A stretch of 64,000 nucleotides of DNA from Lama guanicoe. Its lineage: Eukaryota. The position numbers were made by a program, and so were the translations under genes. The stretch is from assembly GCA_013239625.1 (NCBI GenBank), contig MU054323.1:14183950-14247949 (forward strand), written 5' to 3'. This document shows, piece by piece, positions 1 through 12,598 of this stretch (the stretch's first letter is position 1; each line of letters opens with the position of its first letter). Below the pieces are notes generated by a model. It was not told where the DNA came from. It did no database searches and saw nothing but the letters and a program-made list of their open reading frames with translations.

Positions 1-1133
1 TGCTGGAGCAGAATAATGCTAACATGATGCACGCCAGATGAATTAACCCACCTCAGACAATTGTGAGTTGTAGAGCTGTCATCTTTGAGAGATAATAGTG
101 CTGCTGTTAGCATTCTTCACAGTAATTCTTAGCTTGATATAATACTTGGAAAATGAAATATTTGGAATTTGTCTTTTTTTTCTTTATTAATAATTTTAGA
201 CTAGTTCTGCAGACTTTATAAAAGTATAACTGTGGACATGTGTTTCAGCAGCTGTCAATCCATCAGCTCAGAATCTCTTTCAAGTTCTTTCTTCTGCCAT
301 CCTGAAACAGCTTCCTGGAGATCCTCAAGAGAGTCACACAAATGACTCTATAAGGGCAAGAACTAACCAGATGACATTTACCCTTAAAGACCTTTCCAAG
401 GTCCACACTTTACAAGTTAGAGGAGCTGTGGTTAATTTGATAAAGCTTTAAAGAAGGGCTTTAAGAAGAGGCAGGGTCACGGCTTACGAAAGAGAAGGTG
501 AAGACATTTCAGAGGGGATGAGAAGGAGATTGCAGAAGAAGAGGTGAGAAAATAAGAGCCTGTGCACTAAGGTTTGCTGACAAAACTGCGAGCTTACCTG
601 AAGGCTTCTGAAAGGAAAAAAGTGTGAAAGTTACGAGGAGGCCAGCTAGGGAGAGATCTTTAAATGTTACATTGATTTTTTTTTCTGCAGCCTCTGGGCA
701 GTTAGCATTTCCAGCAGTTTCCTAAACTGAAGGAACCTGTTAGGCATGGAAATTCAGATTATTTATCTTCCAGTTAAAAGCTTGCTGTCACTAATGCTCT
801 ATAAAAATGGAGAATATCAGGGCCTGAGCTCCACTCTGGGAGCTTAGACCCACAAAGTATCCGGATATGCCCTGGCTTTAGGAGACCTCTTTAAAGTATG
901 TCCAGGGATGGAGGGATTCATGTATCTGCTGACCCTGCCTGTAAATTTTGGCCTGAACAAGTGACACTGGATAGTGAGATCCAGAGCCCCTTAAATGATG
1001 GCCTTGAGCCTATAAGATGGGAAAATGTCTTTCAGCTTCCTCCTGTTAATTTTGTGTGTTGCTGGACTGGAAAACTGGAGGAACTTTATCTCTAAGGTAC
1101 AAATCTTTGCATGTTAAAAGAGGTTTGCCTTCT

Positions 1134-1169
1134 TTAGTGTTCATTTAGTGTTCATAGATTAGTGTTCAT
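1134..1169. repeat. Short tandem triplication of TTAGTGTTCAT
   Basis: Three exact 11-mers at 1134-1144, 1145-1155 and 1159-1169. Confidence 0.9.
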
Positions 1170-2409
1170 TAAAATAGTCTTTTAATGAAATTACTCAAAA
1201 TTCTAGCTCACATTATTTGGCTCATATTTCCTTTTACCATTCTATAGTGACTTAAATAATCTAGTAAGTTGGTGACTACTCATTAATGGATTATTAAAGA
1301 TTCATGTTCACTAATAGGTTATTATCATCACATTTGTCAACATTATATCTTCAGTTGCTATCAATCCTAGGAATTTTTTATTTGCAGATATTTTGAATAT
1401 TATAAAAGTTACACAGAATTAACTTTCTAACTAAATTAAATTATTTAATTTTTTAATGCATTGGATCAGTTCTTCAGTTTAATGTGAATAAAAATGGTAA
1501 TAATTTGTACAATACCTTAAAATATTTGATTTTCTGTAGCTACAACCAAAAAGTAAAATTAGATGGACTAAGGAACTTTATATATTGTGTTTATAGGTTG
1601 ATAGATAAATAATTACACTTAACCTAAAGCAGTAGAAATAAATGTTTTGTGTCTTAATTTTACAGTTTGATCACTGCACATTATTGTGTGACCTTTATAC
1701 TGGATAGAAACCCATAGTTCTGCTTCTGTAAAAAACAGAAGTTCAGTTTAACACATCTCATGGCAGCAAGAACAAAGTGATGGCTTCACTGGGCTGTCTT
1801 TACTCCCCTTCTCCTTTTATTCCTGTCTTCTTCATTAGGAATGTTTCCATTCATTCACATCAGCACAGCCAGTGGACCAGTTATTCTTTGTTACGTTGTT
1901 TCAGCCTCTGTTAATATGTGATGGATAGAAGACAATGATAAAAATGACTTGTATGAATATCAGAACATTCCTCAACTTTCAAAGGGAAGGCTGTACCCTA
2001 GGAACAGTGATGCATTCCTAATTGTCTCATAGAATTCAAGGCATCTGACAGTCTTACATGCCATTCTTCTCTTGAAAGTATCATCAGCCTTTCAGGGAAG
2101 TACTCTGCCTCCATCTGAATGCAATTGCCTGCTAAGGCTTTCCAAACAGTTCTCCTATGCAATGTTTCTTTGTGCTTTCCACAACTCTGTGATAGTATTT
2201 CTGTGTCCAACCTTGTTCCCTTATTTCTCTCACTAACCTTTCCTTTGTCTCTATCTTCTTGTTCTTGCTTTAATTAAAACCTGAATTCTCTATAACATCA
2301 ATTCAAAGGGTAAGCATTATTCTTAATTTCTGCTTCTTTCTCCATGTAAATAGGTTCTCCTTTGCTCAATAATACATTGTTTAATGAAACTTAGGCACAA
2401 TCTAAAAAG

Positions 2410-2645
2410 GAGTGTTAGCATAGTTGCTTTTAGAGTCAGACAAACCTTAAAATGAATCCTAGCTTACTGTTAGCTACCTGAACATTTCAAAAGCTTCTTT
2501 AAGTTTAAATTCCTTTCTTCTCTAAAATGAAAATACATGATACTGGCTTCTTTGGGTTCTTGTGAATGAATGTCACATAAAATGATATACATAAAATATT
2601 TAGCACTGCCCATGGCACATAGTAATAGCTCAATAATCATTACCA
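2410..2645 (+). mobile_element. MIR SINE
   Basis: 'ttttagagtcagaca...gaatcctagct...ctaaaatg...tatttagcac...ggcacatagtaa...ctcaataa' follows the MIR consensus layout. Confidence 0.8.
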
Positions 2646-2707
2646 TACTTCTCTAATTGTCCTACCATGGTTTCAGATTTTTTGTGTGTGAAGAGCTGAT
2701 GATTTAG

Positions 2708-2920
2708 AAGAAAGAATATGGGCTTTTAAGGCATGGACATGTGTTTATGTTCTGCCCATCACTGTGCAGATGGGAGATTTGGATAATATATTAATCTTGG
2801 GTCTCAATATGATTGTGAATACCTACTTATGAATACCTACTTAACAATCCATGGTAAGGATAAAGTATCATAATCAAGTTTTGGGACTAAAACACTGGCT
2901 GGTAAATACTTCACAAATGA
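2708..2920 (+). mobile_element. Degenerate MIR with an internal 14-bp tandem duplication (TGAATACCTACTTA x2, 2816-2843)
   Basis: 'gaaagaatatgggctttt' MIR-like start; duplication seen directly. Confidence 0.55.
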
Positions 2921-3389
2921 CAGGTAAAACCTAGAAACAGAATATTCTTTCCAGCTTTGTTCTTGTCTTTAGACAAGCCTAAGGATAGTCATCTGTATTC
3001 CATAAACACTTTAGTACTGACCTCCTTATTTTCCTTCTCATTTTGTTACATTGTTATTTTAGATAACTTCAAAATTACCCTGACATTCATATACATCACA
3101 TCAGTAATCAGAATTTGCACTTTATTATCCTTGAGAAGAGCTCTAAGATCTTAACATTTGAAATTACTCTTTCTGACCACCATGATTTTATCTCACACTC
3201 CATCACTTTCCTTTCCTTTATCCTCAACAGGACTTTTATACCTTCTATCCTTCCATAGTCTTAGAGTCAGCTTGTTTCTCCCCTAACCCCACAACCAGCC
3301 ATTCTACTTAACAATTTCTAGTGCTTTATTTTCCTCCATATTGTGTTGCCACCAGTGCTGACCTCATTGCCCCATTCTCTGTTTTTTGA

Positions 3390-3800
3390 AAGAGTTTCCT
3401 TAAATTTTGGATTGAATTCAGCAGTGAACCTTTGCAGGACTGAATTTTTCATTGTAGAAGGTTTTAAATCACAATTCTAATTTCTTTGTTATATGATTAC
3501 TCAGGTTTTCTATTTCAGTTTTGGTAACTTCTGTCTTTGAAAGATTTTATTCATTTTACCTAGGTTTTTTATTTGTTTGTTTGTGTGTGAAAATATTTAA
3601 GTAAGTTCTACTCTCAGCAATTCAGCAATTTTCAATTACACAATGCAGTTATCAAGTATAGTCGTCACGTTTTTCATTAGATCTTCAGACTTCAAAAATC
3701 TTGTAAGTAAAAGTTTGTACCCTTTACCAGCTCTATTATCTTGCATTTGTCTAAAGTGGATTAACTCATTTGGCATGCATTTTGTGAGAATTTATTCTAC
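3390..3800 (-). mobile_element. Old L1M ORF2 fragment interrupted by an L1MA/L1MB-type 3' end (~3565-3732)
   Basis: 'gaattcagcagtgaacc...ttttaaatcacaattc' resembles antisense L1 ORF2; 'ttctactctcagcaattt...ttagatcttcagac...aaagtttgtaccctttacc' resembles an antisense L1 3' terminus. Confidence 0.65.
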
Positions 3801-6800
3801 TCTCAGAATAGTGCCAGAGATTCTTCCCTCATCACTCCCAGAACCTACAGAACGAAATTTTATCCCTTTACAAAATCTATTTCTGTCACCATTTGTTCTG
3901 GGAAAACTCTTTTGCTTTTTTTGATTTGATGTAATGTCTCACTCCTTGGAATTACCTAACACTTTATTGGGCTTCACTTAAGACATTTACCTGATAACCA
4001 CTTGAATTTTACCCATGTTGGTAAGTTTTGGAGAGAGGGAAATCTGATTTAATCATATATGTCCTACTCATCGTATCAAGTACATGAATAAAATCAATAA
4101 GTGCACTTTGAATTCAATTAGAATTGTTATAGAAGATAAATTTTAAGGCTTTCAAACTTCAGAGTTAGGTTCTGTCCCTCAGTCTTCAGCATAGTCCCCC
4201 AGAAATTTCTAATTATTTAAAAGTGACTAAACCCAGAAGCTATTTTCTAGCTCGTCTTTTCTGAAGGCTTGCTAGTTCAATTGCTTCAGAAGAATGAATG
4301 GGAAAAATTAATATTAAGTAAATGGATCCCACTGATTACAGTCAGTACATTTTCTCTCACCATTGTCCTCCTTCCTCTTTCCTACCACCACACACCCCCT
4401 CACTCGTGTTCATAAAGAAGGTCCTTGTTTTCTAATATTGATTAAGATGTAACACATTATGTCTTAGAGATGGAGCAATCTGAAGCACATTGACATTTTT
4501 TTCCATCTTGGCCTGGTATGTCGATAGGGGCAGCACCTTCAGCCTTTCCGGCTTGCTAGAACTTTTTAAACTGCTACATATTGGGCATCATTATTTCACT
4601 ATGTTCTGAAAGACAGGATGTTGCCCTACAGCTTCATATCAGGTCAGTGATGTAAACCCAGTTCTGTGAGAAAAGTTGAAAATGTCAGACAACAAATCAT
4701 TAGTACACATTTCCAGAAGAATCCATATCTTCCTTAGAGGTTGCGTGTCTAGCTTGGCCTAACTGTGTTTGATATGCAACTCATGACTGGACAACAGAGT
4801 AAGTGGGTGGGATTGCTTGCTTGGGAATATCCTCCTTTGTCCCTCTCCCTTTCTCCCTTTTTCCCACTGCCCAATCTCAGAAGTGGACACAAATAATACT
4901 GTTTGTTTTTTTTTCTTAGTGCTCTCATATCATGGGAAGAAAGGCAGTCTTGCAACTCTTCGCATTATAAAAATTTCTTGAAGCAAGCTGCAGGGGAAGG
5001 TTTAGGAATAACAGAGAGGAAAAAGGAAATTTGTGAGAAACAAAAAAAAAAGGAGTAATTTTCCTGGAATTGAGAGAGAATTCAAAATATTACAAATCAA
5101 TAAAACAGAGATAAATCTGTGAGAAAAAGAACTGCCGGAGAGAATATGTATTATAAATGTGTAGTTTTGTTACCCAAAGTGTCCACAGTGAAAGCAAGAG
5201 TAGAAAACTGGAGGTTTTTGAATCTCTTATGAACCAGGACAAGCATGTTCCTTGAGTTTAGGATTGAATGCTAATGCCCAATGTGCAGGAGAGAGATTTT
5301 TATACTGTGTTTTGTGATCTCTGACCGGTGAGTTTATTTAGGTATACCAATACCTCCCTTACTTCACCCTGACCTTGATTTAAAATGTGTGTTTAATTTT
5401 GAAATGGTCTCTGGTGCATGTAATAACAGTGTACTATTACTTAATAAAATATTTTATAGCACTTCAAAGAATCATCAGTTCAACATATTGTTCTCCTGCT
5501 CCTCTCCCCACCCCCCCAAATGCCATATGCTTCAAATCCATATGAAAGAAGGGAGCAATAAAACATGACCTTTTATTAAACTATTTATAGTCCAGAATGC
5601 TGTTAGGGGAAAAGAAAAAAAAAGCTCCTGTATTTCATCTCTGTAGTTTGAGAGGATGGAAGCTGATGATGCATTTAATGCAGTTGTAAACAACGCTTTA
5701 CCTTTGGTTTTGTTCAGTTGTTTTCCAAGAGCAGTCAGTTGCTTGGCCTAAGGAAAGCAGTGTGAATGTGAGCCCAGAGGCTTCTCAGTTCACTCCCTCC
5801 AGCCATCTGAGAGAAGGAAATAAATAGTTCTCTTTAGGAATTAAAATGGAGATAGACTTCCCTGCAGGCCCACTGTTCCCTTCTGTCTTAGCTGACGGTT
5901 GCTGCAGACAGAGGTGTTCCAGGTCCCTCTTTTTCAGTGTGAGACTGGAATATGGAACTAGCCTTGGCCCAGGGAGTTGGCAGAGTTTCAGCAATCATGA
6001 GGATAGCTCTCTGAGTCTCTTATTTATGTTTTAGATAAAATGCCAAGCTGTAAGTGGTTATGATGCCCTGGGGGAAGGTCTTCTGGTCTTGGAAGGGTCT
6101 CTGAAGTAAACATTTTTGGGCAACTCACATACATGTCCTGGTTATTTTTATCAAGACTCCTCTGTGGACTTGTACTTGTCTCAGCGTATTTTAGATTTGG
6201 CTTTAGTGACCCGACTCACTGATTGGCCCATACCCAGTTTGGGGCCTATTCTACTGCTGGGTCCTTATACTTGGAGGGTGTGAATGATACCTTAGGCATC
6301 CTTTGGTATCCTTTTGAGAGAACATTGGCTGATAGAAGCAAAGAGAATAAAGCCAGTTAAGGTTTATGTTGGGTAGGAAGCATCCTACGGCCCAGTTCTT
6401 TAGCTATATCCTGTTCCCATTAGTTCAGCTGTCCTTCATGCCACCATTTGTTTTTAATTTGCATGTTCACTTAAAATGCCAATATTTGAGGGAGAGTTAG
6501 GGTGAAATAAAAATCTATTATCAGGTAATAAAGTATTAATGAATGTCAAAGCAGGCATTATTTGGTGCCTAAGAACAATATTCAGATATAAACCACTGAA
6601 AGTGGCATCAGTAAGAGATTTGTTTGAGGAAGTTTGGGAGTGGAGAGGGGAAGGAAGTCTTCCATTATCTTGCTGTGTTTTGTATGTTCCCTTTACTAGC
6701 TGGACTTTCCCTTCTCCCTTGCAGGAGCTGGTTGTTACCCACGCCCACCACCCACTTGTAAATGTTAGTACATTAAGAGCTGTAGTGAAATAATTAATAA

Positions 6801-7354
6801 TACAGAGTATTGTTTTTATTCTGGGATCACATTTATTCAGACATACTTCTAGAATCTTAATAAAGTATATTCATAAATTCCAGTGAAAATAGACATTTTG
6901 ATGCAACAGTTTATTTTACTGTTCTTTGCTTCCACATTGTTTGGTATGTCCTTCCTGTTTTCACATTTAGTCTATTTTCTGTCCCTTATTTCCTGTCTTG
7001 TGTTGATTTTTTTGAACTGTATTCTGTGGGTGTTATCATTTCCCCTAGCTATATTTTTCCAGGTTTACTAATAAACAATCTCTAGTCTGATATATGGCTA
7101 GAAAAGCTGTTAGACATGAAATAAAAAACACGGTGGAAATTGTACCATCTCTTTGCTTGGAAAGCTTTCAGCCTACAGGACAGATCTAAGCTGGTTCACA
7201 CAGTGAACAGGAAACACACAGTGCACAGGAAAGGATTAGCATTCTTATGAGAGCTGCGCCTGCCTTTGTTTTTATAATTTTCTGTTTGAGAGTTTAGTAT
7301 CTATTTTATTGATATTTTTATACATAAACATTTCCATGATTAATCTCAAGGAGT

Positions 7355-7475
7355 AATTAAATTCAACAATTATTTATTCATTTCTTACTTCATGTCAGGT
7401 ACTATGTAAGTACTGTAGTTCCATAGGAACAACATAGGTCTGCTCTCTGCCTCCTTGATATTTATGGTCTAGAAA
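7355..7475 (-). mobile_element. L2 3' end fragment
   Basis: 'attcaacaattatttatt...atgtcaggtact...ctctgcctcc...tttatggtctag' resembles the L2 3' terminus. Confidence 0.6.
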
Positions 7476-7499
7476 GGATTCGTAATAGCGACACGCATA

Positions 7500-7690
7500 T
7501 GGCATTTCATCGTTAACCAGACATTTTTACCTTTATCATCTCATTTGATCCTTCTGACACTGTTGGAGTAACAAGGGTGGATATTAACGTTTCCATTTCA
7601 CAGAGGAGGAAAGTGGCTTAAAAAGATGAAGTGAGTTTCTCAAGGTCACTGCTAATAAGGGACAGATTTAGGGCAGTGAGTAGAAGGAAC
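7500..7690 (-). mobile_element. MIR SINE
   Basis: 'atctcatttgatcct...ccatttcacagaggaggaaag...aagtgagtttctcaaggtcac' MIR core. Confidence 0.8.
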
Positions 7691-7826
7691 TTCCATTTGA
7701 AATTGTTCTATAAAAGATAGTAGTCCTTAAATTTCAATGACATGTGACTGAAGACATTTGCTTCATTACAGTTCCAAAGTAGTAGTAGTATCTTTCTGAT
7801 TATAACAATCTCTATCATCCATTTTA

Positions 7827-7865
7827 CAAAAAAAAAAAAAAAAGAGAGAGAGAGAGAGAAGAGAA
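7827..7865. repeat. Poly(A) followed by (AG)n microsatellite
   Basis: Seen directly. Confidence 0.9.
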
Positions 7866-8299
7866 TTGCTGTAAAGGCTGGCTATTTGACATTCTCCATA
7901 AAATATTATTGTTGTTTCTTAGTCTTATCCCAGAGGGATAGTTAAGTCTAAGAAATACTAATTTATATGTCAGAACAATAACATAGTCCAACAGAAGATC
8001 AATTTAAATGGACATTTATTTGTTGATTTTTATTTTTAAGGAGACAGTAGTAGACTAAAAACCATTTCATAAAAGAAACAGTAATCTTTTTCTTGGTTCC
8101 TTCTGGTTTCTGCTACAGTCTGTCTGGCTCTGGCGTGCTTAGCACAAGTATCTTTATCACTTGTAGCCGGTATCTCCTTCCTTCTTCTTTTTAAAACCCT
8201 CAGTTCTTAGAGTAGGTCAGCAAGTATATGAGACATTTCCACAGCACTTTATAGGAGAAAGAGATACTTGAGCTTTCTAAAATATCTTCCTAACCTCTA

Positions 8300-9450
8300 T
8301 GTAGTACTTGATAACTTGGCCATTTCCTGTATCTTGAAGTTCTCCCTTCCTTTAAATTCTGTAACCCTGCATTGTCTAGTTCTCTTCCTCTCTCTGATTC
8401 TTTACCAGTTTATTGTATTTTTTCCTCATGCTTTTCTTGTGCTTTCAACTGCAGCAGTGCCCCAGAGTTCTATCTTTGTTATCCCTTTTCTGATCTCATC
8501 TTCTGATTGTGTATTTTTATGGTTTTACCAGTCATCTAATATGAATGACTTTCTAAATCATATATTTCGTTTTGAATTCTATCTGAAGCCCAGTTCACCA
8601 TAAGAGCCTCTGAATAATATCATCTTACATACCATAATTGATATTTCAGTATTTTAAAAACTGAATATCTCATTTCAACCTCAAATTTATTTTACTCACC
8701 ATGATGGTCTCCCTTTATTTCTACTGGGAATACCCTTAATCTCTCAGTTTTCAAACTCAAGTTTCAACCTATATTCATCATCCTTCCCATTTTTTAACCT
8801 ATTTAATTGGCTTATAAGATCTGTAAATTTCATTTTAAAATTACAGTTATTTTTGTTAGTTTATTTTTATTTACATTGCCACCATCAGGTGCTCTATTTT
8901 CACTGCTGTCAAATTTATTTTTTAAACATAGATATCAGCAGTCTGCAACCATGACCAAAAACTGTCAATATCTCCCCATAAGTCAAAAGCTTGACAGGCA
9001 AGTCTGCTTGTAGTGTCCCTTTCTGACACTTACTCACTTCAGCTTACATCTCAGCTCAACTGTTCTGTCCTAGGTAGCTATTTTGTCTAATCTTGGTTTT
9101 AAGACTTTATCCATGTTGTCTCCCCACTGGATGATTTCTCATCTTCTTCCTACCACATAATAGGAGCTCCATGGATACTTTGCATTTTGTTTTATTTCCC
9201 ATGTTCTGTGTAAGTCGTCACTGACTATCCAGAGTGAAAATTTATCTCGGCTCTGTTATTTAGTACTAGACCATTTGGCCTTTTGCATATACTGTGTTAT
9301 AAATTTAATTATCCTTTATACACATGTATTTCCTATCTTCCCAACTAATTTATAAAGTGCTGTTTATAGGTATTATTTCTTATCTCTTCTTGCATCTGCC
9401 ACAATAACTACTCCAAGCCACGTTAGGCACTCAATAAACTGTTGATTGGT
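8300..9450 (+). mobile_element. Fragmented L2 LINE
   Basis: Pyrimidine-rich L2-like tracts ('gtgccccagagttctatc', 'gactttctaaatcatat'); 3' end 'taggcactcaataaac'. Confidence 0.55.
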
Positions 9451-10414
9451 TGCATATAAACAAAATAAATTCTTAATGAAATTTATTTTTATTGATAAGC
9501 TATACACACATGCTTTTGGAGATCATTAACAAAACTATGCATGGTGATAATTTCTCATCAATGGTTTATAAGTGTTTTAGGCACTCAATAAACTCAAGAC
9601 AAATAAAAATCCGTAAATCAGCTTCAATTATTTTGACAGCTGACCAAAGCCCAAAACAGATGACAGATAAACATAAACATTGTTCCAGTGTCTGGTCCTT
9701 TAATCCCAGGCACAGCCTTCTCTAGGCCGTATCCGTTCTTCTCTTTCTTCTAAGTGGGACAGTTACCGAGGCTTTTCGTACTTGATTGTGCCCAGGGAAG
9801 GTAAACTTGCTTACTAAGGAATGAAAAATGACAAATTAAAAAGCACATCTTACATGAGAATTGAGAAGCAGTGGCCTGGTTGGGGCAGGGAGAGTGGTGG
9901 GCAGTAACTTTATGTATTTACTGGATCCAACATCTTTTAGTCAGATTGCTTTAATAGGCACGAGCAAGGTTCTACATTGCATGTTAACAATTGTCTTTCC
10001 CCATTAGTGTGTAAACTGTGGTGACTAAGAGAGGTACTTCATTCATTTCGGAATTCTCAGTGCCTATCAGTTTTTGTACACAATTTGGGTGCAAAATGTA
10101 TTCATTCATTCTTTTTCTCAGTGTACAAGTGGGTAGTGTCTTGCCCTCTCCTTAATCACTTCTATACCAGGTCATCAGCTGACACTGGGTACCAGTCAGG
10201 GCTTATACAAACAGATAAACATATACAAGGAAGAGGGGAGAGGACCCCCCGATCCTGCTCCAATACACATACTCATACTTTCCTTCCTATGTTTTCTCTT
10301 CCCATGTATTAATTTGTTGGGTAGAAAGTAGCAAACAACTAGAGAAAGTAGTCCTCCATGTGCTGGGATGATGTCCCTGCTAATGACATAAGTCACAGAA
10401 CTCCACACTTCATC

Positions 10415-10800
10415 ACGTATGAAGGAGAAAAGCAGATTCCAGGCCCATCCCTACAGATCAGTAGTTATCCAGCAGGGGTGGTTTTGCCCCAGAAGGAACA
10501 TTTGGCAGTGTCTAGAGACATTTTTAATTGTGCCAACAGTGTATGCACACACATGCTGTATATATGTCTGTGTGCACATCCTCCTGGCATCCAGTAGGTT
10601 AGGGTTAGGAAGACCAGGGATGCAGTTAAACATCCTATAAAACACAGGACCATCCCCACAAGGGAATTTTCCAGCCCCAAACGTAAATAGGGCCAACACT
10701 GAGAAACCCTACTTTAGATTCTAATTCAGTAGGTAAACTGGAATCCTGAAATCTGCATTTTTTTCACATGTGCTCTGTGATCTGATACAAGTGATCCATG
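10415..10800. mobile_element. MER5-type hAT-Charlie MITE, split by MER20
   Basis: 'gcagattccaggccc' on the left and 'gattctaattcagtaggt...aatctgcattttt' on the right are consecutive MER5 motifs. Confidence 0.65.
10459..10711 (+). mobile_element. MER20 hAT-Charlie MITE
   Basis: 'ttttgcccc...catttggcagtgtctagagacattttt...ctggcatccagtagg...ccagggatgc...ccagccccaaa...tgagaaaccct'; degenerate 8-bp TSD ctacagat/ctttagat. Confidence 0.9.
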
Positions 10801-11779
10801 AACTCTCAAAATTCAAACTTGTCCTTTGAATAATTATTTTATTTCTCTGTAATTCAGTCACATGAGAAAATTATTAGGTATACAGAACATTCAATTAAGA
10901 TATTCAGTATTGCACCAGTAGGTGTGATTCTTGTTGATATGGAATACTTAAAATGAGCTTCACGGAGTGCCAGCATGACTTCTTATTACTGGCAGGAAGC
11001 AAGCCAGGGTTAACACCCTCACTGTCTAGTCAAGTCTGACAGGCTTGTCTGCTCCATTGTCAAGACATGTGCCTACACGATTACAGCATGTAGTCTGCTC
11101 TGGTGTCCCGCAAAAGGAAAGTATTGTAGCAGATAACTGCTTCCAGGATCCCTGCTGCCAGAGAAAATAAGCAAGTTATAACTTCTCCATCATCCTGCTA
11201 CAGAGCATTTTCAGTGGTGCCTATTGCTGCTTCACTCGGGTGCTACATGTCGTTTCTCTTTGGTAAAGGGTCCAGCTGACTTTTGACCTCATCACAGGAG
11301 GTCATGTCGTATTGATTCCTGCATGAAGTTATGTTGAGGGGTAAGTCTTTTCCTCCCCATTATAAAACTTAATACTACTCGTGGTATGATAGCAGCTTCT
11401 AACTCACTTTGTGCAGTGCAGAGTGTCAGCCACTGAAGGAGGTATCTTCAGCAGGGCACTCAGCAGCCTCTTCTTAGACTCTATTTTCCCCTAATGCCAC
11501 ACTCGCATCATATCCCACCCCCAACCCTCCTCTTGCTCTGCCTGCCATTTACAACCACAGCTGCTTTCATGGACCCAAGCAAGGAATCTATATCTCTCCT
11601 TCATCTTTATTTCTGATATCCATTTACCTGATAAAGTTGTTTCCGTGTCCATTGCATTGCCTATATCCCTTCCCTATTCACCATCTCTGCTTCAGTTTAA
11701 CCCTTGAAAACCTTTGCTTCCAAAGTTATAACTACCTTCCATTTAGTTCCCCTTCCACTTTTGTCTCTTAAGTCCCTTC

Positions 11780-12155
11780 TAATCCACCTTCTATACTACT
11801 TTTAGGAGCAACTCATATATCATCCTGTACATACAATCTGTAGTCTACAAATTATTCTGTATTACCTATGGATGAAAATCCAAAATTTCTCAGATAGACA
11901 ACCAAGGCTGCTTATAATCTGGGCCATACCTTCCCCTGCTATGCCATGAATTGCCGCTCTAGTAGTCTAACAAAATTGCACAAGTTAGCTGAATAAGGCA
12001 TGTTCTTTCATATCTCTGCTCTTTCCTGCATCGTTCCTTTTGCATGTGATGCACTCTTTTTACTTTTTTTTTTCAGTAGAGAAACTCTTAATAAAATTGA
12101 GAGATAAGTTTCAAATTATAACACATCAAACAAATCTTCCTTGACCTCCTTGAAC
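11780..12155 (+). mobile_element. L2 fragment
   Basis: 'aaaatccaaaatttct...ataatctgg...atctctgctctt...ttccttgacctcc' L2-like; appears to continue after the LTR at 12600-12710. Confidence 0.5.
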
Positions 12156-12159
12156 TAGA

Positions 12160-12598
12160 TGTAACAGGTCAATTTTCCCAGGAAGCAGACTCTAAGACAG
12201 AGATTTGCATGCAGGAAGTTTACTGGGGATGTGTTCTTAGAATCATATCTGTGGGAGCAGGAAAGTGGGAAGGAAGCAGGATTATCCAGAGAAGTTGAAC
12301 GTGATGCAGTCACATCAAAGGCCTCAGCCAGTTTTATGGGGAGGTCATAGCTAGTATGACTTGTCAGAGTTGTCCTGAATTCAGGCAAGGCGGCTTGGCC
12401 TTTATGCCTCAATGTTGGTAAGTCACTGTATGCAGACTGTTCCTGGAAGGCGTGTAATATGAGGCAAAGCCCAGGGTCCTAGAGAGACACTCTGCCAAGA
12501 GCCCTGGACAAGTCGTACTCCATTAGCTGAAGGGATGACTACTACAGCCTTGAAAGGGGCTGAGGATGGGGATGCAGGACCACATGGCCTCTACTACA
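12160..12598 (-). mobile_element. ERVL solo LTR (LTR16-like)
   Basis: TG...CA termini (tgtaac...actaca); 'ggaagcagactctaagacagagatttgcatgcaggaagtttactgggga' and 'agagttgtcctgaattcaggcaagg' match recalled LTR16-family sequence. Confidence 0.75.

Noticed and set aside
1036..1096. 61-nt plus-strand exon candidate (FLLLILCVAGLENWRNFISK)
   Set aside because: Weak donor (GTACAA), short pyrimidine tract, no recognisable partner exon or protein
10358..10699. Four overlapping ORFs on both strands
   Set aside because: They lie in the MER20/MER5 MITEs, which are non-coding
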